Assembly: GCF_001194135.2 (NCBI RefSeq)
Contig: NC_068984.1
Span: 72,995,671-73,041,318 of the forward strand
Source of the DNA: Octopus bimaculoides
Lineage: Eukaryota
Length of the DNA: 45,648 nt
Direction of reading: 5' to 3'
The translations under genes were made by a program, and so were the position numbers. Numbering within the stretch: the stretch's first letter is position 1; every line of letters begins with the position of its first letter. The notes under the pieces are model-generated. The model made no database searches. It was not told the DNA's origin and worked only from the letters and a program-made list of their open reading frames with translations. Shown here in pieces: positions 1 to 12,844 of this stretch.

Positions 1-125
1 ATATATGTATATATATATATATATATGTATATATATGTATATATATGTATATATATGTATATATATGTATATATATGTATATATGTATATATATATATAT
101 GTATATATATGTATATATGTATGTA

Positions 126-166
<41 letters not shown>
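1..166. repeat. Compound microsatellite: (ATATATGTAT)n-like tract followed by (GT)n
   Basis: Directly visible. The window has dozens of similar (TA)n, (CA)n, (AG)n, (TACA)n, (TATC)n and (TTA)n tracts, not listed individually. Confidence 0.95.
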
Positions 167-167
<1 letters not shown>

Positions 168-299
168 GTAGCTTTGAACAACGATGACTGAACAACCTGA
201 ACATTTGATCTGTTTATATTGTTTACATATTTTTGCTGTTACTATACATTAGGTTACTTCCGTCATAAAGTAGACATTAACTGCAAAGGTGTTCGCTGT

Positions 300-436
300 C
301 CTGCACATCAGTTCACGCAGGGATCTCAGAGCAATGTGAACGTGCTTTCTTTAAGAGCTCAACGCACAGCCATCTCCGGGAATCGGAACTGTAATCTTGT
401 GGTCGAGAATGCCATACCGCAACAACTAGGCTGTGT

Positions 437-438
<2 letters not shown>
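300..438 (-). mobile_element. Degenerate tRNA-derived CORE-type SINE (head and core)
   Basis: Reverse complement reads ...cagcctagttgttgcggtatggc...gttccgattcccgg...gcgttgagctcttaaagaaagcacgttcacattgctc, a decayed version of the head and core of the 23957-24280 SINE. Confidence 0.55.
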
Positions 439-474
<36 letters not shown>

Positions 475-528
475 CACCTGACTACATGAGTATATGTATA
501 TATGTATAAATGTATGTATGCATGTATG

Positions 529-573
<45 letters not shown>

Positions 574-1530
574 GCATACACACGCACATATATATATGCA
601 CACACACATATATGTATATTATATTGCTGGTTCTGCTAGTTAGGTTTTAATCGATTGTTGTAGATGAGATGGACTCCAGTATATATTTCAATCTTTTACT
701 TAACTGTATCCGCTTGTCGAAGCGCTACTGTACAGGACAGATAAGCATCTAAATATAGACCAGTTTGATGCATTACGAACAGAAAGAAAATGTGGACCGA
801 ACCATCTCTAATACATTTGTTTCCTTAAGGATATATCACCGAGGGAAAATAGTTATTTTTGAGAAATTATGCTGGTGTGAGAAGCATAAGAGCCATAAAG
901 TGTGTAAAAAAGTGTATAATAAATATTAAATAAGATGAATAATGATTACCAAGATAAAACCCGAATTCTTAACTACTAACAATCCTGTTCACTGAGTATT
1001 CGCTAATAGCATGTATGTGCAAATGCATGAGTAGCTCTATTTAGGTATGTATGATACAATTTACGTGTATTACAGTTCCATTCATTTGGCAAATATAGTT
1101 CAATGAATTTGACTTAGACGTGTTCTCAATCAATTTCTTAACCGCATGGTACTGGACATATGCTGATATATCACTCTTAGTAGTAAATTGGCAGCTTAGA
1201 AATTATCGGCTAACACTAAGCTTAACCCTTTAATTACAACTTGAACCTAAAATTGGCTTCAGTCAGTTTGATAGATTAGTTTGGTAATAGTTAATTTTAA
1301 TATCATAATCTACTTAAAAGCAATTGTGCTGCAATAATCGTACAGTGATGGACTTATTGGTTTGCAGATTTTAGTTACATCTTAGTGGGAATCCACGAGT
1401 TAAATTAGCTGTTCATCTTTTCAGGATCAATTAGGACACAGTGGTTTATTACTGCTGGTTTGTAGACTGTATACTTTAATTGTACGTGCATATCCAAATA
1501 CGCACATACATACACAGACGCATGCAAGCA

Positions 1531-1592
<62 letters not shown>

Positions 1593-1734
1593 GGACAGGG
1601 TAAAAGATTCACCGTCGCTTTAAAGGTTCCTTTGCGAATAAAAGCAAAATATTCTATGCTATTGTCTTGAGGATAACAAAATTGTTTTGGTTCTTGTTAT
1701 ACAGATATACTCACCCCCCACCCCCCACCACCAC

Positions 1735-1880
1735 CCAGAGAAAAATTCCTTAGAAATGAGAACCCAGGTTCGAAATTTCCGCAAGACACCTGATGAAGGC
1801 TGGAAGGTATATTAGCCGAAATGTTGTGTTAACAACAAACAAAATGAGGGCAAATACCCGTCAAATGTAAATAATGTATC
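1735..1880 (+). mobile_element. Penelope-like pseudo-LTR fragment carrying a hammerhead motif
   Basis: Contains gacac-CTGATGA-a-GGCTG..TAGCC-GAAATGTT-gtgtt; layout typical of PLE terminal repeats. Family assignment is inference. Confidence 0.55.
1785..1830 (+). ncRNA. Minimal type-I hammerhead ribozyme-like motif (dimer type)
   Basis: Stem I GACAC 1785-89 / GTGTT 1826-30; CUGAUGA 1790-96 plus an extra A; stem II GGCTG 1798-1802 / TAGCC 1813-17; GAAA 1818-21; then U-GUU. Stem III has no loop, and AATGTT is one change from the palindrome AACGTT. Confidence 0.6.
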
Positions 1881-2744
1881 TATCTATCTATCTACATGTA
1901 TGTGTGAGTGTAAGTGTGTGCGTGCGCGCGCGTTTATGCGTGTGTGTGTGTGTGTGTGTATGAGAGAGAGAGAGAGAGCGAGAGACTTTGGAGGTATATT
2001 TCATTATCTATCTAACCGTAACCTAGCACAGATAATAGCAGCACACTTTCCTACTTCCAAGGACCGCTGAAAATAGTACAGTAAACAAGAATAGCGAACA
2101 TATCAACGGAAATATTGATAATCGGCACTTGTAACAAAGGGTAGTAACTCCTAACAGCCGAAAGGACTAGGGCACTAAACCCCAAATAGCACGCACGAGA
2201 GGGAAGGTAGTAATATAAGAACCAGCAGTAATAAGGGAAACAACACAAACACATACTAATACATTCATAGCACAGTGATTGCGAGCTACTAGAAATACCA
2301 GCACATTAACACCTATGCACAGGGAACTTAGAAATTATATTAGACCGCGAGAAATGAAGACAGCAGAGACTTCTAATAGAGACCATAACACAATGAATCA
2401 TAGAAAGAAAGAATTGGATCTCTGCAACTGTACTAGGCATACAGTATACCCGTTAGACTCAAGACGTTTGGCAAAGCAACATGGTCTATTGATGCAAAAT
2501 AACTTCTGAGAAAAGGACGTACATTTATAAAGGGGCAAGGTCTCTTAATTTCATGAGTAGACTGCTTAATCACTTAAATTATTTTAGATTTAAGAAAAAG
2601 ATAAATAATACTAATCTAAGCAAACTAATCTGGTCAGTTGAAGACAGGAACCATAGTTAATCTACACAGTGGTAATAATTAGTACAGCTAAACCATATCA
2701 GAGATAGGGAAATATATGCGACCTATCCTTTTATACTTTGATTC

Positions 2745-2910
2745 TAATACTTCACTGCGGTCATGTTGGAGCATCACCGTAAAGTGTTTTGGTTGAAGAA
2801 ATCGACGCCAGGACTTATTCTTTGTAAGCCTAGTACTTATTCTATCCGTCTCTTTTAGTAAACCACTTAGTTACGGTTACATAAACACACCAACATCGGT
2901 TGTAGAAATG
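2745..2910 (-). mobile_element. SINE 3' half (same family as 21610-22040 and 24355-24570)
   Basis: Shares gcggtcatgttggagca...aatcgac.ccag...acttagttacgg..ataaacacaccaaca...ggttgt with the other copies. Confidence 0.7.
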
Positions 2911-4120
2911 ATAAAAGGAATTTTTCTGCAATTTAAGACGGAAGAGTTTTTCTTATACTTTTCCCTTTTCATTTTTCGAATTTGTTTCTTTTCTTTATAT
3001 TCAGGAAAGGTTGTAATTTATTGTTCATATTTAATTCTATACGTTCTGAGTTCAACTTCCATCAAGATTGACTTTGCTTTCATCTTTTGATGTTCGATAT
3101 CATATCACACTGGAAACAATGTAATTAATTTGGACTCCCTCAAAATCTCTGGCCTTGTGTCGAAATTTGAAACCATCATTTCCACGATTATTCCTTTTTT
3201 TTTTTTTTTTTTTTTTAGCTATAAATGTAAATAATTTTCTCAGAGTAAAACAGAAAAGCTTAAGTAGAATAAAAGAGCCAACGAAAATAAATTTTGTTTT
3301 GCCTTTATAACTACGCACAACGAACGTACTAGAAAAAAAAAAGAAAAAAAAATTATGGCTGAAGCATAAGAATATGAAGACTAAGAATCAAATACAAATA
3401 TGAAGGGACACTGTAGGGTATAATTTATTTAAATATATTAAAGTTTACCCTAAATTTCCGCATATATTTTACCATAATGAAGACGATTAATATATTTCGA
3501 AAACTTAACAACCGATTTGCTTGACAGAAAAAAGTTTTCACATGTGCAATAAAAGCAGTAACATTAAACTGAAATTTAGTCATGTTTAACTGTATTAAAT
3601 TCTAGATATGCAACATTACGACGTCAACGCAAAAATATACACATCCATGTACAAGAAACAACGGAAATAAAAACAAAGGTGTAGTGCTGTTGGCAATTAT
3701 GTTACTAGTCCTCCAGCTATTTCCCACATTTATTATCTCATAAATCTGTTATATGAACGAGATCGCTTTTGTTTTAAAGCATTTGCATGTTCTTTTTTGT
3801 TTTTGTTACAGCAGTGGTTTGAAGCAATTTTAAAGCCCAACTTGCCGAACTTATATCATTATTTCGTCCTCACAAAATTGATGAGTGGTGACATTTTCTT
3901 CCGATTTGCAAAACTTACTTGAATACACCAAATGCTTTGTATAGTTTATGATCCATAAAGCAGTACATTTATTATTAAATCAGAATACTTCAAAGAATAC
4001 ATCTGTATATATTGTATTTAAGCACAGAAAAAAAAAATAATGACGGGAAATAAAATATATTTCTATTATGTTGATTTTTTTCATAAAGTCGGTTCGGATA
4101 TATATATATATATATATATA

Positions 4121-4832
4121 NNNNNNNNNNNNNNNNNNNNNNNNNNNNNNNNNNNNNNNNNNNNNNNNNNNNNNNNNNNNNNNNNNNNNNNNNNNNNNNN
4201 NNNNNNNNNNNNNNNNNNNNNNNNNNNNNNNNNNNNNNNNNNNNNNNNNNNNNNNNNNNNNNNNNNNNNNNNNNNNNNNNNNNNNNNNNNNNNNNNNNNN
4301 NNNNNNNNNNNNNNNNNNNNNNNNNNNNNNNNNNNNNNNNNNNNNNNNNNNNNNNNNNNNNNNNNNNNNNNNNNNNNNNNNNNNNNNNNNNNNNNNNNNN
4401 NNNNNNNNNNNNNNNNNNNNNNNNNNNNNNNNNNNNNNNNNNNNNNNNNNNNNNNNNNNNNNNNNNNNNNNNNNNNNNNNNNNNNNNNNNNNNNNNNNNN
4501 NNNNNNNNNNNNNNNNNNNNNNNNNNNNNNNNNNNNNNNNNNNNNNNNNNNNNNNNNNNNNNNNNNNNNNNNNNNNNNNNNNNNNNNNNNNNNNNNNNNN
4601 NNNNNNNNNNNNNNNNNNNNNNNNNNNNNNNNNNNNNNNNNNNNNNNNNNNNNNNNNNNNNNNNNNNNNNNNNNNNNNNNNNNNNNNNNNNNNNNNNNNN
4701 NNNNNNNNNNNNNNNNNNNNNNNNNNNNNNNNNNNNNNNNNNNNNNNNNNNNNNNNNNNNNNNNNNNNNNNNNNNNNNNNNNNNNNNNNNNNNNNNNNNN
4801 NNNNNNNNNNNNNNNNNNNNNNNNNNNNNNNN
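4121..4832. other. Assembly gap (N run). Other gaps: 5678-6054, 7731-8388, 10722-10987, 20115-20168, 25958-26663, 43191-43877, 44443-44542
   Basis: Runs of N; most abut microsatellites or repeats. Confidence 1.
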
Positions 4833-6128
4833 CAAGTGCTTATTATGCATTAGAGAATCCCTTTCCATTCTTAGGTCTTTGGGGCCGAAAACCTTGAATA
4901 AGTTTATCGAGGTAATCCCTTTTTGCCATCATAAATTTTCCTCCACCTTTCTAAAACTATATAAAAATAGAAATAAGAACAAAAATAATAGTATTAGTAG
5001 TGGTAATAATGGTATTAATAATGGTAATAATAGAAATAAATATTAAAATAAAAAGACAAAAATATTGATATAAAAATAATAATAATAATATGGATACAAT
5101 GGTAGTATTTATTTTTTTTTTATTTTTTTATCATGGCTTACGTTGGATTTGAAACCTAATAGTTTTTAGATACCAAACCTGCTTGACTATTCTAAAGGGT
5201 ATACTAAAAATTAGATTTTTTTTTTGGTGTAGTTTATATTTATTTAAGCTTGCTCTCATAATTATAATTTCTTTTGACTTGTGACTTCGTTGATGTCTGT
5301 GTGTCTTTTTACCCTGAAGAAGAGGTTAACACTAATTTGTGCTTTGTTGTGCCCTAAATACGGTGATATACCCCTGAAATGGCCATAGGTGTTCTGTGTT
5401 TGTATTCCGACCTATACTTGTAACCCACTGTAAATGATGTTTATGGTTTGACTTTACTGATGTTACCAGTGGAATGGTGAAATTTGGATTTTACTTTACC
5501 ACACATTGGATGTTCTGTTGTTGTTTTGTCCCGTGCAATTCTGTATTCCTGTTTATGAAATTGGATTTTGCCTACTAAATTTGCTGTCATGAGGGAGGTA
5601 GTTGAACTTTCGTACTATTTATCTTGATCTTCTTTTATTGGCTATTGGCCTCAGCGAATGAACTGGTTTGCTACGTTNNNNNNNNNNNNNNNNNNNNNNN
5701 NNNNNNNNNNNNNNNNNNNNNNNNNNNNNNNNNNNNNNNNNNNNNNNNNNNNNNNNNNNNNNNNNNNNNNNNNNNNNNNNNNNNNNNNNNNNNNNNNNNN
5801 NNNNNNNNNNNNNNNNNNNNNNNNNNNNNNNNNNNNNNNNNNNNNNNNNNNNNNNNNNNNNNNNNNNNNNNNNNNNNNNNNNNNNNNNNNNNNNNNNNNN
5901 NNNNNNNNNNNNNNNNNNNNNNNNNNNNNNNNNNNNNNNNNNNNNNNNNNNNNNNNNNNNNNNNNNNNNNNNNNNNNNNNNNNNNNNNNNNNNNNNNNNN
6001 NNNNNNNNNNNNNNNNNNNNNNNNNNNNNNNNNNNNNNNNNNNNNNNNNNNNNNGGTACACACACATACACACACATGAGTCACTCTGTTACTTCTGTTA
6101 AATATCAATACATGCATATATACATACA

Positions 6129-6160
<32 letters not shown>

Positions 6161-7206
6161 CAGATGCATGGGAAGCTGTTCTAATCACATGGAGCGTGGT
6201 AAATCGTCCTGCTGGAAACTGCAGTTACATTTCACTTAAATCACACACGCTGCCTTTAATAAGAATACCTATCTTATCTAGAATGATACTCGGCTTCTAA
6301 ATATATATTTACAAAACGAGCAATAATAAGGTTTAATTTAAACATAGATTTACTTGATCAGTGCGGAGATAATGAGAAAGAACAAGAAAAGTGGCAAACA
6401 TAATACTATTTTGCAATTAGTCTAAAATTAACTTAGTGTTATAAAAACGCTCGAACAAAAGAGTTAAAATTTGAAAAACAGGCTTCATTGGAGCTATATT
6501 CTTATGCTTACAAATAACTGTGTAACCGAATTCATAATAATTTCTGCAGTGACATTCTTTTTAACTCATTTACTAGCAATTCTATATGATATCTAAGTAG
6601 CAAATTCTGTCTTGTATATCTAGAAATAAAGCTGGTGCAGAAACTTATTTCAATTTTAGAAGTGAAAATAATACATATTAGGTCAGAATATCACAGCGCG
6701 GGGTTCTTCATGGATTACGAAAAAAATAATAAGTCATGGAAGTAAAATATCTGTACATTCTTTCAAATTCCATATCTCTCACTATGTTGTGAGGATGAGG
6801 AAGACACCTAAACCTGCTATAATTTTCTTAATAAAATGCTGCGAATCCACCGCTGAGTTTTCAAAAGTCTGAGTAGGGGGTACATAGGAATATAAATAAT
6901 ATTTATCGTTTAAAAATAATAAAAACTACACCGGCATTTAAAATATGAATTTAAAGATTATGATATAAAAAAACTAATCGTATAATGGAAGTTATAGCTG
7001 TTACCGCTAAAGATTTCAAAGAATTTAGTAACGTGTTAGAAAACAGTGCTAGGGTTGATTTTGGCTGTGTTAATTTTCCCTCTCACACAAATATACAAGA
7101 AACGCTTATTTGTAGAATATTAAATCACAAATTAAAAGTACTTCTAGTAGATTAAACATTATCGATCGCACACAGGTAGTGTGTTTTCTTTATACGCCAG
7201 ACTTAC

Positions 7207-7605
7207 TGCAGGATAGAGTCCAGGGAGAGTTCGGTACGCGACTGTGAGAGCCAAGGAAAGACGAATATTAGATTTTGCGACATTTTGTCTCCTTTAACAA
7301 TAGACGTTGTGCAGGGAGCTTTCCTCGGATGCTATTCTGAACCAATTCAGCAATTAGGCTTCACTGTAATTGCATATAAGTTGAAGACCAGCGATTCGCG
7401 CGGTTTCGTGATGATCCGAGTGCAGAGTATTGGTAATCCACAGTAAAGGCAAAATATCGGTATCTACGATTCTCAGGATCCGACTCGAGCTGATTCGAGA
7501 GTCTAGGAAGTCGGTGTTCTTCACTACTCACCGTTCAGTGCTATTCAGGAGCAAATTAAACGTATAAACAAACGCATACAGTATGTGCGACCTATAATGT
7601 TTATA
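7207..7605 (-). promoter_or_regulatory. CpG-rich candidate promoter and 5' exons of a minus-strand transcript
   Basis: CpG density well above the flanks. On the minus strand: TATAAA at 7605-7600; donor ACG|GTGAGT at 7531; branch-like CTAAT plus ctttccttggctctcacAG ending at 7242; 35-nt exon 7241-7207; donor GCA|GTAAGT at 7206; ATG in aaaATG context at 7283. Confidence 0.45.
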
Positions 7606-7649
7606 TCCACACACTCACGCACGCAAACACACAAAACACACACACACAA

Positions 7650-7689
<40 letters not shown>

Positions 7690-8438
7690 ATACATATAAA
7701 TAATCACACAACTATATGTGCCTATATATANNNNNNNNNNNNNNNNNNNNNNNNNNNNNNNNNNNNNNNNNNNNNNNNNNNNNNNNNNNNNNNNNNNNNN
7801 NNNNNNNNNNNNNNNNNNNNNNNNNNNNNNNNNNNNNNNNNNNNNNNNNNNNNNNNNNNNNNNNNNNNNNNNNNNNNNNNNNNNNNNNNNNNNNNNNNNN
7901 NNNNNNNNNNNNNNNNNNNNNNNNNNNNNNNNNNNNNNNNNNNNNNNNNNNNNNNNNNNNNNNNNNNNNNNNNNNNNNNNNNNNNNNNNNNNNNNNNNNN
8001 NNNNNNNNNNNNNNNNNNNNNNNNNNNNNNNNNNNNNNNNNNNNNNNNNNNNNNNNNNNNNNNNNNNNNNNNNNNNNNNNNNNNNNNNNNNNNNNNNNNN
8101 NNNNNNNNNNNNNNNNNNNNNNNNNNNNNNNNNNNNNNNNNNNNNNNNNNNNNNNNNNNNNNNNNNNNNNNNNNNNNNNNNNNNNNNNNNNNNNNNNNNN
8201 NNNNNNNNNNNNNNNNNNNNNNNNNNNNNNNNNNNNNNNNNNNNNNNNNNNNNNNNNNNNNNNNNNNNNNNNNNNNNNNNNNNNNNNNNNNNNNNNNNNN
8301 NNNNNNNNNNNNNNNNNNNNNNNNNNNNNNNNNNNNNNNNNNNNNNNNNNNNNNNNNNNNNNNNNNNNNNNNNNNNNNNNNNNNNNNNTAATTGTAAGCA
8401 CCTGTATATGCCAGATAGTGGTCGTGGTGAGAGGATAA

Positions 8439-9095
8439 GTTATAAACGTAAAATTAAAACAGAACACAAAGGATTCCGCGGTACACGTGCTTCAAGCTTT
8501 ATACACAAACAGTCGTTGCTTCATTATATGAGTATATAATTGATAGACAGGATGGTTTAATGTTATCTTCAGCCGCAAATATATTCCGTCCCAAGATTAT
8601 ATCACAAAGAAGCAATCACAAAGAAAAAAGAAAAAGAGAGGGAAAAGGCGAGATAAGCCGGGAAAGTTCACTTGGTATTATCCATTGTAATATCCATTGT
8701 AATACGGGTATCCTTTAAATTGATACATTTATAAAAAAAGTTCATGGGTATTCAGAAATCTGTCCATCTTGTACCACCATTTTTATATAAATGTATCAAT
8801 TTAAAGGATAACCATATTACAATGGATATTTCAATGGATAATACCAAGTGGAATTTCCCTGTTTCACTCGCCTGTTTCCCTCTCTTTTTCTTTTTTCGTT
8901 GCGATTTTTTCTTTGTGATTGCTTCTTTGTGATATAATCTTGGGACGGAATATATTTGCGGCTGAAGATAGCTTTAAACCATCCTGTCTATCAATTATAT
9001 ACTCATATAATAATGCAACGACTGTTTGTGTATACAGCTTGAAGCACGTGTACCACGGAATCCTTTGTGTTCTGTTTTATTTTTACGTTTTTAAC
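8439..9095. mobile_element. Fold-back element: ~300-bp inverted arms (8439-8738 / 8780-9095), ~40-bp spacer, hammerhead-like core in each arm
   Basis: Arms are reverse complements along their length, e.g. agaacacaaaggattccgcggtacacgtgcttcaagc vs gcttgaagcacgtgtaccacggaatcctttgtgttct. Followed by (TA)n. Confidence 0.85.
8956..9058 (+). ncRNA. Degenerate type-I hammerhead motif (mirror copy at 8476-8578, minus strand)
   Basis: ttgcgg-CTGAAGA(8962-68)-tagct...agctt-GAAGC(9041-45)-ACGT-GTA-ccacgg. Loop III is palindromic (CACGTG). GAAA is GAAG in both arms; the mirror copy has stem I ccgcgg. Confidence 0.45.
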
Positions 9096-10578
9096 ATATA
9101 TGTATATATATATATATATATATAGAAGTGCGTAATTTTCCCTTGTTAACAAGTAACACGGGAAAATAGGTAAATAGTTACTAGGGTAGCAAAAAATTAC
9201 ACAAGGTAGAAACTCCGTGTTTACGTGAAATATTTTGTATAATATACATACGTAAATATGTGTGTGTGTTCTTTTACTGTGTCTTTCGTTTCAGCCAAAG
9301 GCTGCGACCATACCGGGAAACGTGTATATGTGTATATACACATACATTCATACACGTATGTATTATAAATATATAAATACGTGTTTTATATTGTGGGAGA
9401 GTGTGTGTATTTGCTTCAACGTAGTGATTTATCTATCATATTACAATATTATTGGCTTTACTTGATGTTTGAAATTTCCTCAATGTAGCCTCTTTCAAAT
9501 TATTATGCAAGTATTTGTATATGTGCGTTTGTTCCCATATTGAAAATGAACTCACGAATTGTTGTTGTATACACAGTCAAAACCACGCATCTAGTATATT
9601 TCCATTACTTCAATATTGCTAATACAAAGTCGTTAAAATAATCTAGTCGTTTTATAAATGTAGCGTTTATTCATGAAGATATTTTTGTTCCATTAGATGA
9701 ATTAGCATCAATAAAGATAATATCTCAGTAATGTTTATTTTTTATCTTTCATTACCATCTGTCAGATGTCCATATTTTCATCGAATATAATAAATAATAT
9801 TGTTTGTACTCTATATTACATTATTTAATTTATATTTTGAGTTATGATGAGAAGCAGTATATAAATAAATGTAGGCACAAGGCTTCATATTTCGGTGGAC
9901 AATATAATCGATTATAATTGACAACACCTGACAATTACACACTCATCAACGGGCCATGATAAAACATTAAGAAAAACCGAAGTTTCCCGTAATAGTATTT
10001 CAAAAAAGAATGTGAAGTGTTTCGATTAATTACGGCATGGAAATTAATTCAGTAATTTATTGATCTGTCAAACCAAGTCCTCCAAAATAAAAAAATATTA
10101 TTATTTGAAATCACTGAAAATATCCTTTCAAAATTAGTTTTCATATTCTTTTTCGTTTAGTTCTTTGACCTCTTAGTTGGCTGAGAAATGTAGTGTTTTA
10201 TAGGATCAGAAAGGAAAAAAGAAATATATTCACTAACTTAAAACCCCCATCTGAATTCTTGTGGCAGCTTGAACTTCGTTAAAGTCAGCCCCAAAAGCAG
10301 CTAGTGGTAAAACAAGAAACCAAACCGTTTTATACTAATCTCATAAACTTGATAGGACATTGCATAATTGTTAATGATGTTCTCGTCGTGTATTGATGTT
10401 GAATACAATTCAGTTTCGCCCACAATGAATTTCAGCACACAATATGATAATCACAACTTCGTACAAATATATCGGTAGTGCTCCACTGGTACCATTGAAA
10501 CTGCTTGCATATTATCTACTTGCTTTGGTCAGCTAAATCGATAATGGCAACTGCAACTGTTTCAAAGTAGATTATTAT

Positions 10579-10655
<77 letters not shown>

Positions 10656-12302
10656 AAACTGAAAGCTATTTTTCAATTACGTAACGGATGTTTCCGTGAG
10701 ACTGACTATTTATTGGTTATTNNNNNNNNNNNNNNNNNNNNNNNNNNNNNNNNNNNNNNNNNNNNNNNNNNNNNNNNNNNNNNNNNNNNNNNNNNNNNNN
10801 NNNNNNNNNNNNNNNNNNNNNNNNNNNNNNNNNNNNNNNNNNNNNNNNNNNNNNNNNNNNNNNNNNNNNNNNNNNNNNNNNNNNNNNNNNNNNNNNNNNN
10901 NNNNNNNNNNNNNNNNNNNNNNNNNNNNNNNNNNNNNNNNNNNNNNNNNNNNNNNNNNNNNNNNNNNNNNNNNNNNNNNNNNNNNNNTGATTCTCTCCAT
11001 ATTGGTTTTGAGGATATAGTGTTGGTAGTCAATTGACTTTTGAAGTCGCTGATTTGCTCCGCGTAAAAATGAAATATTTGATTGGTCTGTAATAAGAAAC
11101 TTGAAATCCTGCAAAATAGTTGTGGCAGTAAATTGTAGTATAGATAAAAAAAAGCAAACAGCACTAAAGTGTATTTTCTACTCCACAAGTATTGATGAGT
11201 TATATTTCATACATAATATTTACTTGAGACTTGAAGATTTGTTATACTTAAATAATATTATCTGTATGGAAAGTGAGTATTTATATTTGATGCCTAATGC
11301 ATTTCTCATTTATAATGAATAGAAATTATTTCGAAGTAACGCCTCACACAAAAAGGAATAAATGAGATAAGTAGTCAAAACAATTTTGAATATATATAAA
11401 TCAATACATGCATTCATACATACACAAACACATATACACACGCACACACATACATACATACATATATACATACATAAGCACGTACGTACGTACATACATA
11501 ATACATATATATGTATATATACATTCACACTCACACACACAAAGGCACACACAAAGAAAGGCGCACATACTCACACTCACACGCACACATGTTTGTGTAT
11601 TTTGTTGCGTATTAATGATCGAATTATAGTTAATGACCACAATGTGTTTGAAAAATAATTACCATGAAGTAGCTGGTAAGAAAATTAAGGCTAAACCAAG
11701 CAAAATTACAATGAGTGAATTATCGAATATATACTTAGATGTGAATATAATGAACAGGATCAATTCACATTAAATTTACTTGATAAAATGATGATTCGCC
11801 AGTCAAACGAAACTAACACGAAATTAACATTTCCCACCTACAATATTCTTTTTGTGATATTGATTTCTTTCATTGAGAGAAATTTATGGTAGAATTCGTA
11901 TGGCACTTCAAAAAATACTGATGATGGTTATATTTTTACATTCAGACTTGTGAAGTCCTTGACATTAAATTAGGCTTCTGAAATTTGCGGTTTTGAGGAT
12001 TGAGAAATAAGTATTAGTATTGGATTGATTGAATTTAATCGATTCAACCGTTTCCACTAAAAGTAATTAATGATAATACCCAAGCGAAAAATCAATATTC
12101 GTTTGTTACATATAGACAATGGTAGTATTTATACATGTTGAATCGGATGTAATAATATTACTAGTACATAATTTGTCATTCTCTAGCAAGTTAACATCAC
12201 AAAAGATATGAAATCTGTACTGCTTTTCTTTTTTACAATATTTAACTTATATCCGTTGCAACGTTGAATTGCAATGGATAAAATTAAGTACTAGGGCTAA
12301 AA

Positions 12303-12350
<48 letters not shown>

Positions 12351-12355
<5 letters not shown>

Positions 12356-12540
12356 GTGGTATCAAAACGTTCCCGGACTAGTTCTTTAACGCGCCATCAG
12401 ATGGCAGAACACGGTGACATGGGCAGTGAGAGTTAGCAGTGACCTTCATGAGGTAGGGAGCTGAGTGACACAGTTGTATTTACTTCGCGTCTTGTTGAAT
12501 TTGTGTTCTTATGATCACGTGTATAATGTAGTCTGCTCTT
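12351..12540 (+). mobile_element. Probable mariner 5'-terminal fragment
   Basis: TA followed by ...ggtatcaaaacgttcccggactagtt...cagatggcag..., resembling from memory the TIR and 5' UTR of mariner-family elements; no transposase retained. Confidence 0.4.
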
Positions 12541-12548
12541 TGTACCTG

Positions 12549-12588
<40 letters not shown>

Positions 12589-12641
12589 GATAGAATGTTA
12601 TATTAAATCTCTGAGCGAGATATAAACAGTAGCAATACGAA

Positions 12642-12844
12642 ACCGTAACATGTATTTGCCAACAAATTGTGGCGTTCTATAAAGGACAGTGCTTCCATCA
12701 CTAGCTGGTGATTAACACACGCTGAGGACGGGCAACTACCCAGAAATTCCAGTCCGTGTATATCACGTGATGATAGAAATAAGAGCGATGACCGCCCCAC
12801 ACCAATACTAATCGGACACTTTGTAGGCAAATATATGTTACGGT
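12642..12844. mobile_element. ~200-bp element with ~27-bp terminal inverted repeats and an internal hammerhead
   Basis: Left end accgtaacatgtatttgccaacaaa; right end tttgtaggcaaatatatgttacggt. Confidence 0.7.
12717..12759 (+). ncRNA. Type-I hammerhead ribozyme-like motif
   Basis: Stem I ACACG 12717-21 / CGTGT 12755-59 (perfect); CUGAGGA 12722-28; stem II (c)GGG-caacta-CCC(a); GAAA 12743-46; U-ucca-GUC 12747-54. Confidence 0.65.

Noticed and set aside
5-609. ORFs made of YI/CV/HT repeats here and at 1405, 11310-11658, 15013, 16150, 19054-19664, 23082, 29108-29462 and similar
   Set aside because: Translations of (TA)n, (CA)n and (TACA)n microsatellites.
3812-3925. Strong acceptor gttcttttttgtttttgttacag followed by a 36-codon frame (QWFEAILKPNLP...)
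   Set aside because: No convincing donor or recognisable protein.
4833-5677. Coding-looking minus-strand text (VLERWRKIYDGKRDYLDKLIQGF...; NIIYSG...)
   Set aside because: May be a decayed retroelement, but no diagnostic motif such as a real GIY-YIG could be confirmed, and it is bounded by gaps.
7180-7446. 88-codon stop-free frame on the plus strand across the CpG-rich segment
   Set aside because: No upstream ATG, no recognisable protein, and the splice signals fit the minus strand better.
3990-8539. Long ORFs filled with X (also at 10590-11188 and 25816-26815)
   Set aside because: They are open only because they run through N gaps.
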